From Fimbriimonadales bacterium (GTDB taxonomy: Bacteria > Armatimonadota > Fimbriimonadia > Fimbriimonadales > ATM1): DNA of 20,863 nt. Shown piece by piece: positions 18,002-20,863 of this stretch (positions are counted from its first letter, which is position 1; every line of letters starts with the position of its first letter). A program made the translations under genes and the position numbers. The notes beneath the pieces are model-generated. The model worked only from the letters and a program-made list of their open reading frames with translations. It searched no databases and was not told the DNA's origin. The DNA lies in contig JBGTLG010000027.1 of the NCBI GenBank assembly GCA_041744215.1, forward strand, positions 1-20,863, in the 5' to 3' direction.

Positions 18002-19089
18002 TGGCGCTCTCGAAGCGATACTTGAGTGTACAAGGGGAGATCGTCGGCGAGAAGGCTAGCGGCAGTTCTCGGATTGATTACCTGACCGACGCACTCGGTT
18101 CTGTCACCGCAACAGTCGACCAAAACGCGCAGGTTGTCAACACCTATCGCTACAAGCCGTATGGAGCGCAGCTTGCAAAGTCGGGAGCAGGTGCAGATCC
18201 GAGGTTTAGGTGGGTTGGGTCATGGGGTTACCGACAGACAGGCGTCCAGGTCTCAGATACTTACGTGAGAGCAAGACACTACTCAACCATTTTGGGTCGG
18301 TGGTGTAGCGAAGACCCTCTATACTTGGGCTCAACGTATGGCGAGGCTGATCCAACCGGCACGATTGATCCATCGGGGCTTATTCCGGTTCGATTTGAGT
18401 TTAACGCTTTCATAAACAAACGTATCGGCAAATTCCATAATGGAAGATACTGGACTGCTTTCCCATTTGGTTGGGTGTTCAAAATTATCACTCTGCCTCA
18501 CATTCGTGCCGAGCTGTGGGCTAGCACTAACGATCGTGGCCATGGTGAACCAGGCACCTCTAAACACACGTCTTGGGCTACTTGTGAAAGTGCTGCGCTC
18601 GGTGATCCGTCTGCGTGTAACACAGCAGTGAGAATGGGTACTTCGGCAGTCTTGATCGTCAGATACTCAAAGTTTACGGGAGAGCAACTGAGTAGTTTCG
18701 TAATCCCTAAGCTTGGTGTGTACAGAATGCCTCCCGTTCACTTCGCAAATCGGCTCGGGCCGTGTGCGAATCGTGCGGTGTTCCTTATTTCTGCTTGTAC
18801 CGGTTTTCTTCCCGCAAGTCAACGCTCCAGGAAAACCTGCATCGACTATCAGATTTTTGTCGACTTCTTCGTGGTTGCACCCGGGCGAGTTGGCATCAGG
18901 CTCCAGGGCAACCATGACATGTTCCCTGATTACGAAGCACTTGTTCTCGCGCCGGGACCGAGAAAACTGTTTTGGCGATACACCACGCCGTTCAAAGCGA
19001 TTGATGCTGGAGGGTTAGACATCCAAACTGGGTGGAGGCAACTCAGCTATACCGAAGTTGATGCCCCGACGCCGCCATGTTGCGAATAG
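18001..19089 (+). CDS. RHS repeat-associated core plus C-terminal toxin tip (362 aa; start revised to GTG 18001; predicted cleavage after DPSGL, tip 18382-19086)
   Basis: YLTDALGSV, YRYKPYG, YVRARHY...GRWCSEDP and PTGTIDPSGL; SD-like GGAGAGGT; TAGTG stop/start overlap. Confidence 0.9.
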   Translation: MALSKRYLSVQGEIVGEKASGSSRIDYLTDALGSVTATVDQNAQVVNTYRYKPYGAQLAKSGAGADPRFRWVGSWGYRQTGVQVSDTYVRARHYSTILGRWCSEDPLYLGSTYGEADPTGTIDPSGLIPVRFEFNAFINKRIGKFHNGRYWTAFPFGWVFKIITLPHIRAELWASTNDRGHGEPGTSKHTSWATCESAALGDPSACNTAVRMGTSAVLIVRYSKFTGEQLSSFVIPKLGVYRMPPVHFANRLGPCANRAVFLISACTGFLPASQRSRKTCIDYQIFVDFFVVAPGRVGIRLQGNHDMFPDYEALVLAPGPRKLFWRYTTPFKAIDAGGLDIQTGWRQLSYTEVDAPTPPCCE

Positions 19090-19099
19090 GAGGATTTCA

Positions 19100-20131
19100 G
19101 TGAAAGCCCAGTGGAGACCAATGATAGCCTTCGTCGCAGCATCTTGCCTAATCGGAATTGTTGTTTGCTCAGGGGTCTATCTCCTAAATGCTGGTCACGG
19201 TGAAGGGTGGGATCAGGCGATGCAGGAGATTTCGAGAAAGAGCGTCGATGCACCGCCCATATCAGCGATAGCTTTTTCTCAAGACAGTAAGACGCTTCTA
19301 GCGTGTGGCGACGGAATGATCTTCGTTTGGGACGTATCGCGAGGCGATCTCCTGTGGAAAAAGAAATTGCCATTGAAAGGGGCTCAGCGTGCAATCTGTC
19401 TTGATGACGGCACGTTTCTCGTTGGCGGTCCGAACTGGTACAGGATAGACATCGCAAGGAGGACGGTGGAGTTTGTTAGTCCTGTCGCAGGCACGGAACC
19501 TGATGCAACGACGTTGCTGTGGTCTCGTGACCAAAACTACTTGGTCTACATACACTCATTCGATAGCAAGACGAGGCGTGGCCGCGCCGCACTCTGGAAC
19601 GTATTCGAAGCAAGGAAAGTAGCTGAAGTCGCTATCAGCGATGCCGAGACCTTTGGAGTCTCATTCTCAGGTGATGGCAAGTACGTGGGATTTGGGCAAG
19701 ATTCCGAGGTAGCTGTCCACACCACAGCTGACGGCTCCTATTATACAGGCATACAGTCGGGAACCCCTGAGTTACCACGTATGGGCCCGCGCTCCATTGC
19801 TTTCGTTGGCCCATCGCGCTTGATGGCATTTTCAGATGCTGTCGAAGTAATCGTTATGGAGCCTGAAGGTCCGATTGATATCGTAATGGTCCCCTCGAGT
19901 GGACTACCTTCACTTTTTGCGTCCCAGAAGAGCTTTCTTCTTGCTGTAGTTGATCAAACGGTCGCTTTTTATGATGCAAGGGACGGCAAGCTGCTTGTTA
20001 CGTTGCCACGCACGATGGAAGTGGTTGACGTAGCATTTGGCGAAAGTCAAAACCTTGTTGCAGTTGCATTCGAACGCGGGATAGTGGTGCTGAGCTCGAA
20101 GCGTTTCTTCGTCCATCAAGTCTTGCACTAA
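19100..20131 (+). CDS. WD40-like beta-propeller with N-terminal TM/signal anchor; putative immunity protein (start revised to GTG 19100)
   Basis: SD AGGAGG overlaps the toxin stop; hydrophobic N-terminus; ISAIAFSQDSKTLLACGDGMIFVWD, VSFSGDGKY and VAFYD blades. Confidence 0.78.
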   Translation: MKAQWRPMIAFVAASCLIGIVVCSGVYLLNAGHGEGWDQAMQEISRKSVDAPPISAIAFSQDSKTLLACGDGMIFVWDVSRGDLLWKKKLPLKGAQRAICLDDGTFLVGGPNWYRIDIARRTVEFVSPVAGTEPDATTLLWSRDQNYLVYIHSFDSKTRRGRAALWNVFEARKVAEVAISDAETFGVSFSGDGKYVGFGQDSEVAVHTTADGSYYTGIQSGTPELPRMGPRSIAFVGPSRLMAFSDAVEVIVMEPEGPIDIVMVPSSGLPSLFASQKSFLLAVVDQTVAFYDARDGKLLVTLPRTMEVVDVAFGESQNLVAVAFERGIVVLSSKRFFVHQVLH

Positions 20132-20381
20132 GTACTGTCATCTGTTTAGCAGCGGGTGGCTGACCCGCCGGACCAAGGAGAGAAAACGGAGTGAAAGAAA
20201 TCGCAGTGAGAACAAGACTGGGCGGCGTGGGTAATGGGCGATCCGCGAGACGCGTGTGCTTCGGACGGGTGGCAGAAGTGACCATCGACAAGACACGGAA
20301 TGAAAAAGATGACAGCAGGAACAAAAATGCGTGCCAAAGGTGATGGGCGAGGTGCAACGCCCTCGATCCGCAAACAAAGCA

Positions 20382-20493
20382 CCCGAGTTTGCCCCAGCTT
20401 TCCATCACCCACCTAACGACGAAGCACGATGCAAGGCACATTGAGAAGTCCGATGTTCGCAGACCGCAACTCAAAGATTGTTGTGACCCCGCC
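20382..20493 (+). repeat. Diverged dispersed repeat, copy B (copy A at 5981-6093)
   Basis: 20431-20477 matches 6032-6078 at 44/47 nt. Confidence 0.85.
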
Positions 20494-20606
20494 AGTTTTG
20501 GTAGCGGCACGAGTGAGTTCTGGTCATGCCTTATGGAGGAGATTGAATGACAACGAGTTCATCCATGGCCAACACGACCGATGCCCCACCCCTGCCCCGC
20601 CCGTCA

Positions 20607-20863
20607 AAGTGACAACTTTGGCCTACGGCCCGTCTAACCAATTGGTGACCAGCGTAAACTCGGCCGGAACGACGACGTATACCTATGATTTCGACGGGAA
20701 TCTCACTCGGGTGGCCGAGCCAACGAACCAGGCGCGGACCACGATGAGCTACGACGGTGAGAATCGCCTCAAGGTTCACGAGCATTGGGACAACGGCATG
20801 ATGAACCCACAAGTGGCGACCTACCTGTACGAAGGCGGAGGCCTGAAGCGGGTCGAAAACGTC
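20607..20863 (+). pseudogene. Orphan copy of the RHS barrel C-terminal end, running off the window
   Basis: Frame from 20609: VTTLAYGPSNQLVTSVNSAG...YEGGGLKRVENV; 63/85 aa identical by hand count to the protein encoded at 17687-17941. Confidence 0.88.

Noticed and set aside
20152-20168. GCGGGT/ACCCGC hairpin after the WD40 gene as a terminator
   Set aside because: Only a 6-bp stem and no U-tract.
5981-20493. The 47-bp repeat pair as attL/attR of the element
   Set aside because: The copies are diverged, unrelated to the tRNA sequence, and one lies on the host side of the tRNA.
19998-20510. 170-aa minus-strand ORF
   Set aside because: Overlaps the WD40 gene end, has no recognisable motif or SD, and spans what looks like a decayed spacer.
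6930-20863. Second att copy (tRNA-Gly 3' fragment)
   Set aside because: I did not find GGTTCGATTCCCATCAGCCGCTCCA again by eye, so whether the RHS locus is element cargo is unresolved.

Overview
Bacterial chromosomal window with three parts. (i) 1-5726, mostly core genome: the 3' end of an IS3-family element, a GT-C-type membrane glycosyltransferase, purQ-purS, a secreted metzincin-type metalloprotease and a secreted Pro-rich repeat protein. (ii) 5727-12555: a small membrane protein, tRNA-Gly(TCC), and directly downstream a minus-strand, translationally coupled integrative-element operon (membrane protein, VirD4/TraD-like ATPase, Replic_Relax-like protein, zinc-ribbon membrane protein, excisionase, tyrosine integrase). 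The integrase frame has no stop before the tRNA and reads antisense through it. (iii) 12555-20863: a plus-strand RHS polymorphic-toxin locus of unusual layout: 5'-truncated GT2/TPR protein, IscU-like protein missing most Fe-S ligands, 75-aa Cys-rich ORF, a 1270-aa YD barrel ending before the RHS core, a separately encoded core plus toxin tip, a membrane-anchored WD40-like putative immunity protein, and the start of an orphan barrel-end module. The split RHS operon with its accessory genes is the best candidate for an undescribed system. All family calls come from motif recognition by eye; no database searches were run.
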